From an uncultured Chloroflexia bacterium (GTDB lineage Bacteria > Chloroflexota > Limnocylindria > Limnocylindrales > CSP1-4): DNA of 64,000 nt. Numbering within the stretch: position 1 is the stretch's first letter; each line of letters starts with the position of its first letter. The stretch is taken from positions 64,001 to 128,000 of the forward strand of contig CAVYBU010000030.1 of the NCBI GenBank assembly GCA_963766735.1. The letters run 5' to 3'. The notes beneath the pieces were generated by a model, which saw nothing but the letters and a program-made list of their open reading frames with translations, was not told where the DNA came from and did not search any database. Made by a program: the position numbers and the translations under genes. Shown here piece after piece: positions 10,154 to 20,469 of the stretch.

Positions 10154-12058
10154 ATGCAACAGACTCCGCGCCTGCGCGCAGCGCGGCCGCTTGCGGCACT
10201 CGCCCTCGCCGCCGCCATGCTGCTGCCGGCGGCTGCCCCCGTTGCCGCCGCCGATCCCGTCGTCCTCACCGTCGGGACGACGCAGGACTTGGACTCCACG
10301 AACCCGTGGAACACGTACCTGGTCGTCGGCTACGAGGCGTTCCAGCTGACCTACGACCTGCTCACCAACTTCGCCCAGGACACGTCCCCGGCTCCGGGCT
10401 TCGCCGACTCCTGGGAGCGCTCCCCGGACAAGGTGACCTATCACATCCGGGACGGGATGAAGTGGTCCGACGGCACGCCGGCGACGTCGCAGGACGTCTG
10501 CTTCTCGTGGGGCCTGGCCATGGCGGCCATCGCCGACGAGACGAACGTCGGTGCCGGCTACCTCGACCCGAACCTCGTGGACAGTGGCGTCACCAAGATC
10601 GAATGTCCTGACGACAGCACGTTCATCGCCTACACCACGGACCAGTCGGACCGGATCTTCCAGACCTACATCCCGATCCAGCCGAAGCACATCTTCGGTG
10701 ACATCGACTACAAGCAGATGGCGGAGGAGAAGTTCGAGGCGCCGCTCGTGGGTACCGGCCCCTACCAGCTCGTCGAGTGGAAGACCGGCGAGTACGCGCG
10801 GTTCGTGCGGAACCCCAACTACTGGGGGCCGCAGGGCTTCCAGGACGAGGTCGTCATCCGCTTCTTCCCCGACAACACCGACGGCATGTTCCAGGCGCTC
10901 AAGAACGGCGAGCTGGACTACGCCCACAACGTGAACGCGGACCAGTTCAAGCAGCTCCAGGCGGATCCGGCCTACACGACCGTCGCCGGCAGCGCGAACG
11001 GCTGGACGCAGCTCGCCTTCAACACGTACGGGACCGGAACCGGCAAGACGATCAAGGACGGCGGTCCGTCCACACAGGCGCTCCTGGACCCGGCCTTCCG
11101 CGACGCGCTCGGCTACGCCGTCGACCGGCAGGCCCTCGTGGATCGCGTCCTCGGCGGCTTTGGCGACGTCGGCACGACGGCCGTGCCGCCGGTGCTCGAG
11201 CAGTGGCACGTCACCCCGGACAACCTGCGCACCTTTGACATCGAGCTCGCCAAGTCGAAGCTGGATGCCGCGGGCTACAAGCTCGACGGCAGCGGCAACC
11301 GGCTCGACAAGGAGGGCAAGCCGATCAAGCTTCGCCTGTACGCGCCGGACTCGGACGGCAACTATGCCAAGGTCGCGGAGTTCGTCAAGGACTGGTACGG
11401 CCAGCTGGGGATCGGGGTGTCCACCCAGGTCCTGACCAGTGCCGCGCTCGGCGAGCTGGTCCTGCCGCCGCCCGACGCCAAGGCCAAGTACGACATCGAG
11501 CTGTGGGGCTGGGCCGGCAACCCCGATCCCAACGCCCTGCTCCAGATCTTCACCTGCGACGCCATCGGCAGCACCTCCGACAGCCAGTACTGCAATCCCG
11601 AGTACGACAAGCTGTACGCGCTCCAGCTCACCCAGGCTGGTGAGGAGCGAAAGGCGACCCTCGCCCAGATGCAGAACCTGCTCTACGACGAGGCGCCCTA
11701 CGACATCCTGTTCTACGACGCCAACCTCGACGCCTACCGGACGGACCGCTTCGCCGGCTGGCAGAACATGCCGGACAGCGGCACGCCGATGTTCACTTAC
11801 GGCGACCTCGGCTACTCCCTGCTGACGGACGCTACGGCCGTCGCCACCCCGGCGCCGACCGAGCCCGCGGGCGCAACGGCCGAGCCGGGGGCGACGGCAG
11901 CGCCGGCCACGCCGGCACCCGATTCCGGGGGTACCTCGAGCGATGACTCGAGCTCCACGCTCATCCTCGGGCTGGGCGCCGTCATCTTGATCGTGATCGT
12001 CGGTGGCCTGATCCTCAGCCGCCGCCGCAAGACAACGCCTGCCGACGACGACGAGTAA
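10154..12058 (+). CDS. Peptide/oligopeptide ABC transporter substrate-binding protein (family 5)
   Basis: Signal peptide; IRDGMKWSDGTP, VGTGPY, RNPNYWG; GAGGAG RBS; C-terminal TM. Confidence 0.93.
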   Translation: MQQTPRLRAARPLAALALAAAMLLPAAAPVAAADPVVLTVGTTQDLDSTNPWNTYLVVGYEAFQLTYDLLTNFAQDTSPAPGFADSWERSPDKVTYHIRDGMKWSDGTPATSQDVCFSWGLAMAAIADETNVGAGYLDPNLVDSGVTKIECPDDSTFIAYTTDQSDRIFQTYIPIQPKHIFGDIDYKQMAEEKFEAPLVGTGPYQLVEWKTGEYARFVRNPNYWGPQGFQDEVVIRFFPDNTDGMFQALKNGELDYAHNVNADQFKQLQADPAYTTVAGSANGWTQLAFNTYGTGTGKTIKDGGPSTQALLDPAFRDALGYAVDRQALVDRVLGGFGDVGTTAVPPVLEQWHVTPDNLRTFDIELAKSKLDAAGYKLDGSGNRLDKEGKPIKLRLYAPDSDGNYAKVAEFVKDWYGQLGIGVSTQVLTSAALGELVLPPPDAKAKYDIELWGWAGNPDPNALLQIFTCDAIGSTSDSQYCNPEYDKLYALQLTQAGEERKATLAQMQNLLYDEAPYDILFYDANLDAYRTDRFAGWQNMPDSGTPMFTYGDLGYSLLTDATAVATPAPTEPAGATAEPGATAAPATPAPDSGGTSSDDSSSTLILGLGAVILIVIVGGLILSRRRKTTPADDDE

Positions 12059-12085
12059 GTCACTCGTGGCCCAGGGCATGCACCA

Positions 12086-12119
12086 GGGGGTAGGGGTCGC
12101 TCACGGCGGCCCCACCCCC
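12086..12119 (+). terminator. GC-rich hairpin between the binding-protein and permease genes (mRNA stabiliser or partial terminator)
   Basis: GGGGGTAGGGGTCGC-TCACG-GCGGCCCCACCCCC imperfect inverted repeat with no U-tract. Confidence 0.5.
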
Positions 12120-12141
12120 ACGCCCGCCTGACCGCACGCCC

Positions 12142-13113
12142 GTGAACGCTCACTACCTGGCCAGGAAGCTGGCCCAGGCATTCGTGACGATCGTCGCGAT
12201 CATGATCCTCAACTTCCTGATGTTCCGGATGATGCCGGGCTCGCCCGACCGCGTCATCAAGAACCCCAACCTCACGCCCGAGACGATCGCGGCCACCCGC
12301 GCCCGCTGGGGCCTCGACAAGCCGCTCCTCCCCGACCAGCTGATCGCGTACATGGGCGCGACCGCGACGGGGGACCTGGGCTATTCGATCTTCTACCGCG
12401 GGCGGCCCGTGACCGACGTGCTGGCGGCCAAGGTCGGACCCACGATCCTCCTTGTGGGCCTGGCCGAAGCCTTCGCGATCTTCGGCGGCCTCAGCATCGG
12501 CGCCTATGCCGGCTGGCGACGGGGCGGGAAGGTGGATTCGATCGGCACCGGCGCCAGCCTGATCCTGTACTCGATGCCGTACTTCGTGATCGGCATGCCC
12601 CTGATCATCGTGTTCGCGGCCGGGCTCGGCTGGTTCCCGACCTCGGGCATGACCACGCCCGGAATGTCGGACCAGCCACTGGTCAACCAGGCCTGGGACC
12701 TGGGCCGGCACCTGGTGCTGCCGCTGGCCGCGGTGAGCCTCGGCCTCCTCGGCGGCTACTCGATCCTCATGCGGTCGTCCATCATCGACACCCGCAACGA
12801 GGACTACGTCACGACGGCCCGGGCCAAGGGCCTGCAGGACGGCTACGTCCTGCGCCACCACGCGTTCCCCAACGCCCTCCTGCCCATGGTGACGCTCATC
12901 GCCATCAACCTCGGCTACGTGGTGGCCGGTGCCATCACCGCCGAGATCGTGTTCAACTGGCCTGGCCTCGGCACCCTGACGATCCAGGCGCTGAGCGCCC
13001 GTGACTACCCGGTGCTTCAGGGGATCTTCCTGCTGGTGGCCGTGTCGGTCGTCATCGCGAACCTGATCGCCGACATTGTCTACGGCTTCCTTGACCCGAG
13101 GGTCGGCGTATGA
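12142..13113 (+). CDS. Peptide ABC permease (DppB/OppB-like)
   Basis: GDLGYS, EAA loop DYVTTARAKGL, FNWPGLG, RDYPVLQG, LDPR. Confidence 0.94.
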   Translation: MNAHYLARKLAQAFVTIVAIMILNFLMFRMMPGSPDRVIKNPNLTPETIAATRARWGLDKPLLPDQLIAYMGATATGDLGYSIFYRGRPVTDVLAAKVGPTILLVGLAEAFAIFGGLSIGAYAGWRRGGKVDSIGTGASLILYSMPYFVIGMPLIIVFAAGLGWFPTSGMTTPGMSDQPLVNQAWDLGRHLVLPLAAVSLGLLGGYSILMRSSIIDTRNEDYVTTARAKGLQDGYVLRHHAFPNALLPMVTLIAINLGYVVAGAITAEIVFNWPGLGTLTIQALSARDYPVLQGIFLLVAVSVVIANLIADIVYGFLDPRVGV

Positions 13114-14063
13114 CGTCGGCGACGGCGCCGGTCCCCGCGGCAGCGCCGATGTCTCGGCCCTTGACGTCCGTCGATCGCGCACGCGACTTCGCCGGCAAGT
13201 TCCTGTCCCGGAACGACGGCCGGTTCGGTCTGGCGATCCTCCTCATGTTCGCGGTCCTCGCGATCTTCCCCGACCTGTTCGTGGGCAAGCTCGAGACGGT
13301 GACCACGGCGACCGGCCAGTCCCTCCAGGGCCCGGGCGGCGGCTTCCTGTTCGGCACGGACGAGCTTGGCCGGGACCTCCTCAACATGACCGTCCACGGC
13401 GCGCGGATCTCGATGACGATCGGGCTCATGGCGACGCTGATCACCGTCTTCTTCGGTGCGGTCGTGGGCATCGTCGCGGGGTATGTCGGGGGCAAGACCG
13501 ACCTGGTCCTGATGCGGATCTCGGACTTCTTCCTGGTGCTCCCGACCATCGTCCTCGCGATCATCCTGGCCCCGGTCATCCTCGACATCGTGGGCGCCGA
13601 CGCCGAGCTGTTCGGCATCCGGGCCACGATGCTCGTCATCATCGTCGTCATCGGCCTGACGAGCTGGGCGACGACGGCCAGGATCATCCGCTCCCAGGTG
13701 CTCTCGATCAGGATGCGCATGTTCGTCGATCGAGCCCGGGTGGTTGGTTCGGGGCCGGGGCGGATCATGCGCCGCCACGTGCTGCCCAACGTCATCAACC
13801 TGATCGTGGCCCAGGCGGTCCTGACCTTCGCGGTCGCCGTGTTCACCGAGACGACCCTCGCCTTCATCGGGCTCGGCGACCCGTTTGCGCCGTCGTGGGG
13901 CCAGATCCTCAACAACGCCCAGGGGGCCGGTGCCCCCGGCCTCGGGGCCTGGTGGTACATCGCGCCCCCGGCGATCTGCGTCGTCCTGGTGGTGCTCGCG
14001 TTCACGCTCGTCGGCAATGCGCTCGACGACATCCTCAATCCGAAATCGGGGATCCGGCGATGA
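13110..14063 (+). CDS. Peptide ABC permease (DppC/OppC-like)
   Basis: FGTDELGRDL, ARIIRSQVLS, RHVLPN, PSWG; ATGA overlap with the upstream gene. Confidence 0.94.
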   Translation: MTSATAPVPAAAPMSRPLTSVDRARDFAGKFLSRNDGRFGLAILLMFAVLAIFPDLFVGKLETVTTATGQSLQGPGGGFLFGTDELGRDLLNMTVHGARISMTIGLMATLITVFFGAVVGIVAGYVGGKTDLVLMRISDFFLVLPTIVLAIILAPVILDIVGADAELFGIRATMLVIIVVIGLTSWATTARIIRSQVLSIRMRMFVDRARVVGSGPGRIMRRHVLPNVINLIVAQAVLTFAVAVFTETTLAFIGLGDPFAPSWGQILNNAQGAGAPGLGAWWYIAPPAICVVLVVLAFTLVGNALDDILNPKSGIRR

Positions 14064-15184
14064 CGGTGAATCCGGACATCCGGGGCCAGCGCCAGTGGCC
14101 GATGCCCAAGCTCGCCGACCCGAATGCCCCGCTCCTGAGAGTCGAGGATCTCGCCGTCCGGTTCCGGATGCCCAACGGCAGCGTCAAGGCCGTGGACGGC
14201 GTCAGCTTCGGGCTGGACGACGGGGAGGCGTTGGGGATCGCGGGTGAGTCCGGCTGCGGCAAGACGACGACCGCCCTGTCGCTCCTGCACCTGCTGCCGG
14301 CCAACGGCTACATCAAGCGGGGCAAGGTTGAGCTGTTCGGGATCGACCTCGTGCCCAAGACCGAGCGCCAGATCGCGCGGTACCGCTGGCGCGAGATCTC
14401 GATGGTGTTCCAGGGCGCGATGAACGCGCTCAACCCGGTCCAGCGGATCGGTGCCCAGATCGCCGAGCCGATCGAGATTCGCCTGGGCCAGCCGAGGGAG
14501 GCGTCCCTCAAGCGCGCGGGCGAGCTGCTCGAGCTGGTCGGCATCCCCAAGCAGCGCGCGAATGCCTACCCCCACGAGCTCTCGGGCGGGATGCGGCAGC
14601 GGGCGATCATCGCGATGTCGCTCGCGTGCGACCCTGCGATCGTCATCGGGGACGAGCCGACCACGGCCCTGGACGTCATGGTCCAGGCGCAGATCCTGCA
14701 GTTGCTCGAGCAGCTGCGGCGCGACCTGGGCCTGTCGCTGATCCTGATCACGCACGATCTCTCGGTGATCGCGGAGACCTGTGATCGGGCGATGATCATG
14801 TACGCCGGTCGCGTCGCGGAGGAGGGGGCCGCTCGCAAGCTGTTCACGGCCCCGAGGCACCCCTACACGCAGAAGCTGCTGGCGGCGTTCCCCAACATCG
14901 AGACCGACCGGCGAACGCTGGACGTCATCCCAGGGATGCCACCCGACCTGCGCCACCCGCCGCCCGGGTGCCGGTTCGCGCCGCGCTGTTCGTTCGCCAT
15001 GCCGGTGTGCACGGAGGTCGTGCCGCCCGAGGTCCGCTTCGCCGATGGCGTCCGAGTCGCCTGCCACCTGTACCCGAACTCGGACGCACCGATGGCGGGC
15101 TCGGGTGTACTGGGATCGGCGGACGGCCCGGGCCTGGCCGGCGCCGCAGGCGCCGCCGCCTCGACCGGGGAGACCGCGGCATGA
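14060..15184 (+). CDS. Peptide ABC ATP-binding subunit (DppD/OppD-like)
   Basis: [40 protein letters not shown]. Confidence 0.94.
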   Translation: MTVNPDIRGQRQWPMPKLADPNAPLLRVEDLAVRFRMPNGSVKAVDGVSFGLDDGEALGIAGESGCGKTTTALSLLHLLPANGYIKRGKVELFGIDLVPKTERQIARYRWREISMVFQGAMNALNPVQRIGAQIAEPIEIRLGQPREASLKRAGELLELVGIPKQRANAYPHELSGGMRQRAIIAMSLACDPAIVIGDEPTTALDVMVQAQILQLLEQLRRDLGLSLILITHDLSVIAETCDRAMIMYAGRVAEEGAARKLFTAPRHPYTQKLLAAFPNIETDRRTLDVIPGMPPDLRHPPPGCRFAPRCSFAMPVCTEVVPPEVRFADGVRVACHLYPNSDAPMAGSGVLGSADGPGLAGAAGAAASTGETAA

Positions 15185-16302
15185 CCGCGCAGCGCGGCGT
15201 GCCCGAGTCCGAAGGGGTGACGCTGCCCGCATCTCCCGCCCCGTCGACCGCTGAGCCGGCGCCTGCGTCCGGGGAGGAGCTGCTCCGGCTCGAGGGCCTC
15301 GAGGTCTTCTTCCCGATCCGCGGCGGCCTGCTCGACCAGGTCCGCCGCATTCCGCGCGGCTACGTCCGCGCCGTGGACGGGATCGACCTCACCATCAAGC
15401 GAGGCGAGATCCTGGGTCTCGTCGGTGAGTCCGGCTCCGGCAAGACCACCACCGGACGCGTCGTCGTCAAGCTCACCCGGCAGACCGGCGGACGGGTGGT
15501 GTTCGGTGGCGATGACGTCACGACCCTCTGGGGGTCGAGGAACCTCGGCGACTATCGACGCCGGGTCCAGCTGATCTTCCAGGACCCGTACGAGACGCTC
15601 AACCCGAAGCACTCCATCGGCGAGTTCGTCCGGGAGCCGCTGGAGGTCAACGGGATCGGGACCTCGCGCAAGGATCGCGACGAGCGTGTCCTTGCCGCGC
15701 TCGAGGCTGCGGGCCTGCGTCCCGCCGCGGACTACGCCGCCCGATACCCCCATGAGCTGTCGGGTGGCCAGCGGCAGCGGGTGGTGATCGCGGGCGCCCT
15801 CGTGATGAGCCCGGACCTGGTGGTCGCCGACGAGCCGGTGTCGATGCTGGACGTGTCCATCCGGACCGAGCTCCTGCGCCTGATGCTCGACCTGCGCCGG
15901 GAGCGGGGCCTGGCGTACCTGTTCATCACCCACGACCTGTCGGTCGCCTGGGTCCTTGCCGACCGTATCGCGGTCATGTACCTGGGCAAGATCCTGGAGA
16001 TCGGTCCCGCCGAGCAGGTCATCAAGTCGCCACGCAACCCGTACACCCAGGCGCTCGTCTCCGTGAGCCCGTCCCCGGACCCGCCCGAGACAGGATCGCG
16101 CGCCAACCGCACCATCCTGCAGGGCGAAACCCCCGACGCCGCCCACATCCCGCCCGGGTGCAGGTTCCATCCCCGGTGCCCCGTTGTCTTCGACCGTTGC
16201 CGGACCGAGGAGCCGCCGTTGTTCGACGTCGGCGGCGGGCAGCAGGCTGCCTGCTGGCTGGTGCAGGAGGCATCGGCCGACGCGGCTTCTGCCGGCGCCT
16301 GA
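15181..16302 (+). CDS. Peptide ABC ATP-binding subunit (DppF/OppF-like)
   Basis: [36 protein letters not shown]. Confidence 0.94.
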   Translation: MTAQRGVPESEGVTLPASPAPSTAEPAPASGEELLRLEGLEVFFPIRGGLLDQVRRIPRGYVRAVDGIDLTIKRGEILGLVGESGSGKTTTGRVVVKLTRQTGGRVVFGGDDVTTLWGSRNLGDYRRRVQLIFQDPYETLNPKHSIGEFVREPLEVNGIGTSRKDRDERVLAALEAAGLRPAADYAARYPHELSGGQRQRVVIAGALVMSPDLVVADEPVSMLDVSIRTELLRLMLDLRRERGLAYLFITHDLSVAWVLADRIAVMYLGKILEIGPAEQVIKSPRNPYTQALVSVSPSPDPPETGSRANRTILQGETPDAAHIPPGCRFHPRCPVVFDRCRTEEPPLFDVGGGQQAACWLVQEASADAASAGA

Positions 16303-16373
16303 ATCGCCGACGCCCCGGCGGGCAGCCGAGGCGTCGGACGTTGTGCGGGCGCGCTGTCCGCGCCTGTGGTCGG

Positions 16374-17039
16374 TCAGGCGGCCTCGTCGGCGCCACCGTC
16401 GACGGCCTTCCAGGCCAGCCAGCCGAGGACCGCGCCGACGACCGGGGCCACGATGTAGATCCAGATCACGGACACGTCCCCGCCGACGATGGCGGAGCCG
16501 AGCGACCGGGCCGGGTTCACCGAGGCGCCACTCAGGGAGGCGATGCCGAAGTGGATGGCGACAAGCGTGAGCGGGATAGCCAGGGCGGCCAGGGCGGGCG
16601 CACGCTTGGTTGCTGCGAGGATCACGGCGATGAAGCCGGCGGTCGCCACGACCTCGATGATCAGCGCACCCATGTCCGTGATCCCGGCAGCCGTGTTCGG
16701 CGCGGTGATGCCGGCCTTCACTGCGTCCTGGCTGACGGCGACCATCACCAGCACGCCGGCCCCGATCGCGCCGATCACCTGGGCCACGATGTACCCGACC
16801 GCGTCCACCGGAGTGGTGCGCCTGTCGAGGACCATCGCCACCGTGACGGCCGGGTTGAAGTGGCCGCCCGAGACGTGGCCGAAGGCGAAGATCGCGGCCA
16901 GCAGGCCGAAGCCGAACGCGAATGGCACGACGAGGAGCCCCGAGGCGCCGGCCGCTCCGAACGCAGCCACCGACAGGTAGCCGATCGAGAAGAACAGGAA
17001 CGAACCCAGCAGCTCTGCTGCGTACTTGCGGAAATCCAT
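16374..17039 (-). CDS. aqpZ: Aquaporin (MIP family, AqpZ-like)
   Basis: SGGHFNPAVT and ASVNPARS double NPA motifs. Confidence 0.9.
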   Translation of the reverse strand: MDFRKYAAELLGSFLFFSIGYLSVAAFGAAGASGLLVVPFAFGFGLLAAIFAFGHVSGGHFNPAVTVAMVLDRRTTPVDAVGYIVAQVIGAIGAGVLVMVAVSQDAVKAGITAPNTAAGITDMGALIIEVVATAGFIAVILAATKRAPALAALAIPLTLVAIHFGIASLSGASVNPARSLGSAIVGGDVSVIWIYIVAPVVGAVLGWLAWKAVDGGADEAA

Positions 17040-17154
17040 CGCCGTCTCCAACCTCCCGGGGCGGCGGCGTCCCTCGGCGCCGGCTCTACCCTACCGGGCA
17101 GTATGCCGTCTGCGGTGCCTGTCGCGTGCGGGATCGCGGGCCTGTGTCCGGACG

Positions 17155-17340
17155 TCAGGCCGCGCTGGCCAGCTCGGGCGGCAGGGGATCGTCAGCGAGG
17201 TCGAAGCGGATTGCGCAGGCCGGGCAGTCCAGGGCACCGGACTCGAGGTCCAGCGGGGCGGGTTCGTCGCACAACGGGCAGTCGGCGAAGAGCATCGTGG
17301 GGGTCTCCAGGAACGGCGGGAACGGTGGGTGCGCGTGCAT
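17155..17340 (-). CDS. Small zinc-ribbon protein (46-61 aa depending on start)
   Basis: CPLC-x14-CPAC pair in an acidic small ORF; alternative ATG at 17295. Confidence 0.6.
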   Translation of the reverse strand: MHAHPPFPPFLETPTMLFADCPLCDEPAPLDLESGALDCPACAIRFDLADDPLPPELASAA

Positions 17341-17416
17341 CACGCCCGGATCGTCGCGGAGGCTCGTGACACCTAGCCTGTCACGGGGTGAGCGCGGATC
17401 GTCCGTCGAGGTGAGA

Positions 17417-18328
17417 ATGGCAACCATGACCGCTGCCGCCATCGAGACCGAGGGTCTCCGCAAGGCGTACGGGGGAACGCTCGCCCTGGATGGACTGGAC
17501 CTCAGCGTGGCCCGGGGCGAGGTCTTCGGCTTCCTGGGTCCCAATGGGGCCGGCAAGACGACCGTCGTCAAGCTGCTCCTGGGCCTCACCCGGGCGAGTG
17601 GCGGCGGGGGCACCGTTCTCGGCCGCCCCCTGGGCGATCGCGACGCGCGCCGTCGCATCGGCTACCTGCCCGAGCTGTTCCGCTACCAGGCCTGGCTCAC
17701 GGCAGCCGAGGTCCTGGAGCTCCACGCGACGCTTGCCGGCCTGCCCGCCGCCGGCCGGAAGGCAGAGATCGGGCGCGTCCTCGAGCTGGCGGGGATTGCG
17801 TCGCGCTCCGGGGACCGGACCGGCGGCTTCTCCAAGGGAATGCAGCAGCGGCTGGGCCTGGCCGTGGCCCTGCTGGGTGACCCGGAGCTCGTGATCCTGG
17901 ACGAGCCCACGTCCGCACTGGACCCGGTGGGACGTGACGACGTGCGCACGATCATCCGGGAGGCGCGAACCCGGGGCTCCACGGTGCTCCTCAACTCGCA
18001 CCTGCTGGGCGAGGTCGAGCGGCTCTGCGACCGCGTCGCGGTGGTCCACCGGGGTCGCGTCATTGCCGATGGGACGCTGGGTGACCTGCTCGGCGAGCCC
18101 GCGGTGCGCCTCCGGGTCACGGGCCTGCCCGACGACCGCTCGTCGCTGGATGCGTTCGGCACCGTCACCGAGGACGAAGGCTGGCTGGCGATCCGGCCGG
18201 TGGACCCGGCGCGCGTACCGGACATCGTGGCGACCGTGGTCGCCCTCGGGGGGCGGGTCCATGCCGTGGATCCCGGGCGCCGCTCGCTGGAGGATCTGTT
18301 CCTGGACCTGGTCCGGGAGGCCCCGTGA
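17417..18328 (+). CDS. ABC-2 type exporter ATP-binding protein
   Basis: GPNGAGKTT, FSKGMQQR, LDEPTSALD, NSHLL. Confidence 0.93.
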   Translation: MATMTAAAIETEGLRKAYGGTLALDGLDLSVARGEVFGFLGPNGAGKTTVVKLLLGLTRASGGGGTVLGRPLGDRDARRRIGYLPELFRYQAWLTAAEVLELHATLAGLPAAGRKAEIGRVLELAGIASRSGDRTGGFSKGMQQRLGLAVALLGDPELVILDEPTSALDPVGRDDVRTIIREARTRGSTVLLNSHLLGEVERLCDRVAVVHRGRVIADGTLGDLLGEPAVRLRVTGLPDDRSSLDAFGTVTEDEGWLAIRPVDPARVPDIVATVVALGGRVHAVDPGRRSLEDLFLDLVREAP

Positions 18329-19191
18329 CGCCGCGGCTCATCCTCGCGATCGCCGTGCTCACGATCCGCGAGATCGCACGGAGGCGGATCCTGTGGGTGA
18401 TGCTCGGGCTGTCGGTTGCCAGCGTCATCCTGGTGGGCTGGGGCGTGGAGCGGCTGGTCTCGCTCGCGCGCGAGCAGGGTGCCGACGAGCTGGAGATCCG
18501 CATCGGCGTCAGCCAGGTCCTGATCATGATCGCGTTCATGTTCAGCTTCGTGCTCGCGATGTCGGCCGCGTTCCTCGGGGCGCCGGCCATCGCCTCGGAC
18601 GTTGAGACCGGCACCATCGCGGCGCTGCTGGCGAGGCCGCTGCGTCGCGGAGACCTGCTGCTGGGGCGCTGGCTCGGCCTGGCGATCGTGATCGCCGGCT
18701 ATGCGGCCCTCTCCGGTGCGCTCGCCATCGCCGTCGTGCGCCTGGTGAGCGGCCACGAGCCACCCGAGCCCGTGCTGGCGATCGCGTTCCTGTCCTTCCA
18801 GGCCGTCACGGTGCTGAGCGTTGCGCTCACGCTGGGAACCCGATTGCCGGCGATCGCGGCAGGTGCGGTGACCGTCGTCCTGTTCGGCCTCGGCTGGTTC
18901 GCGGGCGTACTGGGCAACGTCGCGGTGGCTTTCGGGGCGGGGCCGCTGGCCGGCGTCGGGGATGTCGCCCGGGTCCTGATGCCCAGCGACGGCCTGTGGC
19001 GGGGTGTGATCTATGGGCTGGAGCCGCCCGTGGTCCTCCTTGTGGCCGCCGGGCGCAACGCGAGCGCCATGCAGGCCAACCCCTTCTTCGCGAGCGCACC
19101 GCCGCCGGCCGCGTTCCTGGCCTGGAGCGTCGCGTGGGTGGTCCTCGTCCTCGCCGCGGGTATCGTGCTCCTCCGTCGCCGTGAGCTCTGA
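18325..19191 (+). CDS. ABC-2 type exporter permease
   Basis: Six TM segments; SDVETGTIAALLARPLRR motif; GTGA overlap. Confidence 0.9.
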   Translation: MTPRLILAIAVLTIREIARRRILWVMLGLSVASVILVGWGVERLVSLAREQGADELEIRIGVSQVLIMIAFMFSFVLAMSAAFLGAPAIASDVETGTIAALLARPLRRGDLLLGRWLGLAIVIAGYAALSGALAIAVVRLVSGHEPPEPVLAIAFLSFQAVTVLSVALTLGTRLPAIAAGAVTVVLFGLGWFAGVLGNVAVAFGAGPLAGVGDVARVLMPSDGLWRGVIYGLEPPVVLLVAAGRNASAMQANPFFASAPPPAAFLAWSVAWVVLVLAAGIVLLRRREL

Positions 19192-19201
19192 CGGTCCCCG
19201 C

Positions 19202-19759
19202 ATGGTGCGTGTCTACCTTGGTCATGGGGCGTCCGGCCGGGCCGCGTCCATGGCGCCCTGGGTGGACGGGCTGCGCGCCCGAGGGTTCGAGGCGTTCGCG
19301 CTGGACCTGCCGCGCCGCAGGGCCGAGGACGCGGTGGCCGCCTTCGAGGCCCAGGTGCCCGACGAGCCTGGCGTGGTGGTGGGCGGCCACTCGTACGGCG
19401 GACGCGTCGCGTCGCTCGCCGTGGCCGGGGCGGGCTCGGGTGGATCGGGTGCGACGGGCATCCAGCCCGGTAGGTACGCCGGCCTCGTCTGCCTCAGCTA
19501 CCCGCTCCACCGTCCTGGCGCCCCGGAGACGGCGGCCGCCCGGACGGCCCACTGGCCCGCGATCACGGTCCCGGCCCTGCTGCTGTCGGGAACTTCGGAC
19601 CCGTTCGCGCGGCTCGACCTGCTGGAGGCGGCGATGCCGGCGCTCGTCGCCGGACGGTTGGTGACCTATCCGCGCCTCGGGCATTCGCTCAAGCCGGTCC
19701 TCGACGACGCGCTGGACCGGGTGGCGGCGTTCCTCGCCGGGCTCGAGGCAACCGGGTGA
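19202..19759 (+). CDS. Small alpha/beta hydrolase (KANL3/Tex30-like)
   Basis: GHGASG, GGHSYGGR, LSYPLH, GTSDPF, GHSL. Confidence 0.85.
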   Translation: MVRVYLGHGASGRAASMAPWVDGLRARGFEAFALDLPRRRAEDAVAAFEAQVPDEPGVVVGGHSYGGRVASLAVAGAGSGGSGATGIQPGRYAGLVCLSYPLHRPGAPETAAARTAHWPAITVPALLLSGTSDPFARLDLLEAAMPALVAGRLVTYPRLGHSLKPVLDDALDRVAAFLAGLEATG

Positions 19760-19794
19760 GCGTCACGTAAGGCGCCCCGGCTAGGATCCCCGTC

Positions 19795-20400
19795 ATGGAC
19801 AACCTGCCCGCCGCCATCACGGAGGACCGATACCGCTGCCGATGGGGCGACAGCCCCGATCCCGAGTACCGCGCCTATCACGACCTCGAATGGGGCGTCC
19901 CGGTGCGGGACGAGCGCCACCTGTTCGAGCTGTTGATCCTCGAGGGCGCCCAGGCCGGCCTCTCCTGGTCCACGATCCTCCACAAGCGCCCCGGGTACCG
20001 GCGCGCGTTCGACGGGTTCGACGCGGCGACGGTCGCCACCTACGGCGACGAGGACGCGGCCCGGCTCCTGGCCGATCCCGGCATCGTGCGCAACCGGGCC
20101 AAGGTTGCCGCAGCCATCGGCAACGCCCGGGCGACGCTGGCGCTGCACGAGGCCGGGTCGTCGCTGGTGGACCATCTGTGGTCGTTCGTGGACGGGCGCC
20201 CCGTCGTCAACACCTTCGGCTCGCTCGCGGAGATTCCGTCCGAGACCGAGGTGTCCCGGGCCATGAGCACGGATCTCCGACGTCGCGGCTTCAGGTTCGT
20301 GGGGCCCACGATCTGCTATGCGCTCATGCAGTCGGCCGGGCTCGTGAACGACCACGAGACGGCATGCTTCCGCTGGGCGGAGGTGCAGGTCCCCGCGTGA
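19795..20400 (+). CDS. tag: DNA-3-methyladenine glycosylase I
   Basis: RCRW, YHDLEWG, LEGAQAGLSW, GIVRNRAK, FVGPTICYALMQSAGLVNDH. Confidence 0.96.
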   Translation: MDNLPAAITEDRYRCRWGDSPDPEYRAYHDLEWGVPVRDERHLFELLILEGAQAGLSWSTILHKRPGYRRAFDGFDAATVATYGDEDAARLLADPGIVRNRAKVAAAIGNARATLALHEAGSSLVDHLWSFVDGRPVVNTFGSLAEIPSETEVSRAMSTDLRRRGFRFVGPTICYALMQSAGLVNDHETACFRWAEVQVPA

Positions 20401-20469
20401 GGGAGGCGGCCGTGATGGCCCTGGCGACGGCCGGGCCAGCGCGACGCCGCGGGGCCAGCGCTGCAGACG

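Noticed and set aside
13076-14059. 702-aa ORF suggesting a long N-terminal extension on the ABC ATPase
   Set aside because: It overlaps the permease out of frame; the true start is the ATG at 14060 (ATGA coupling).
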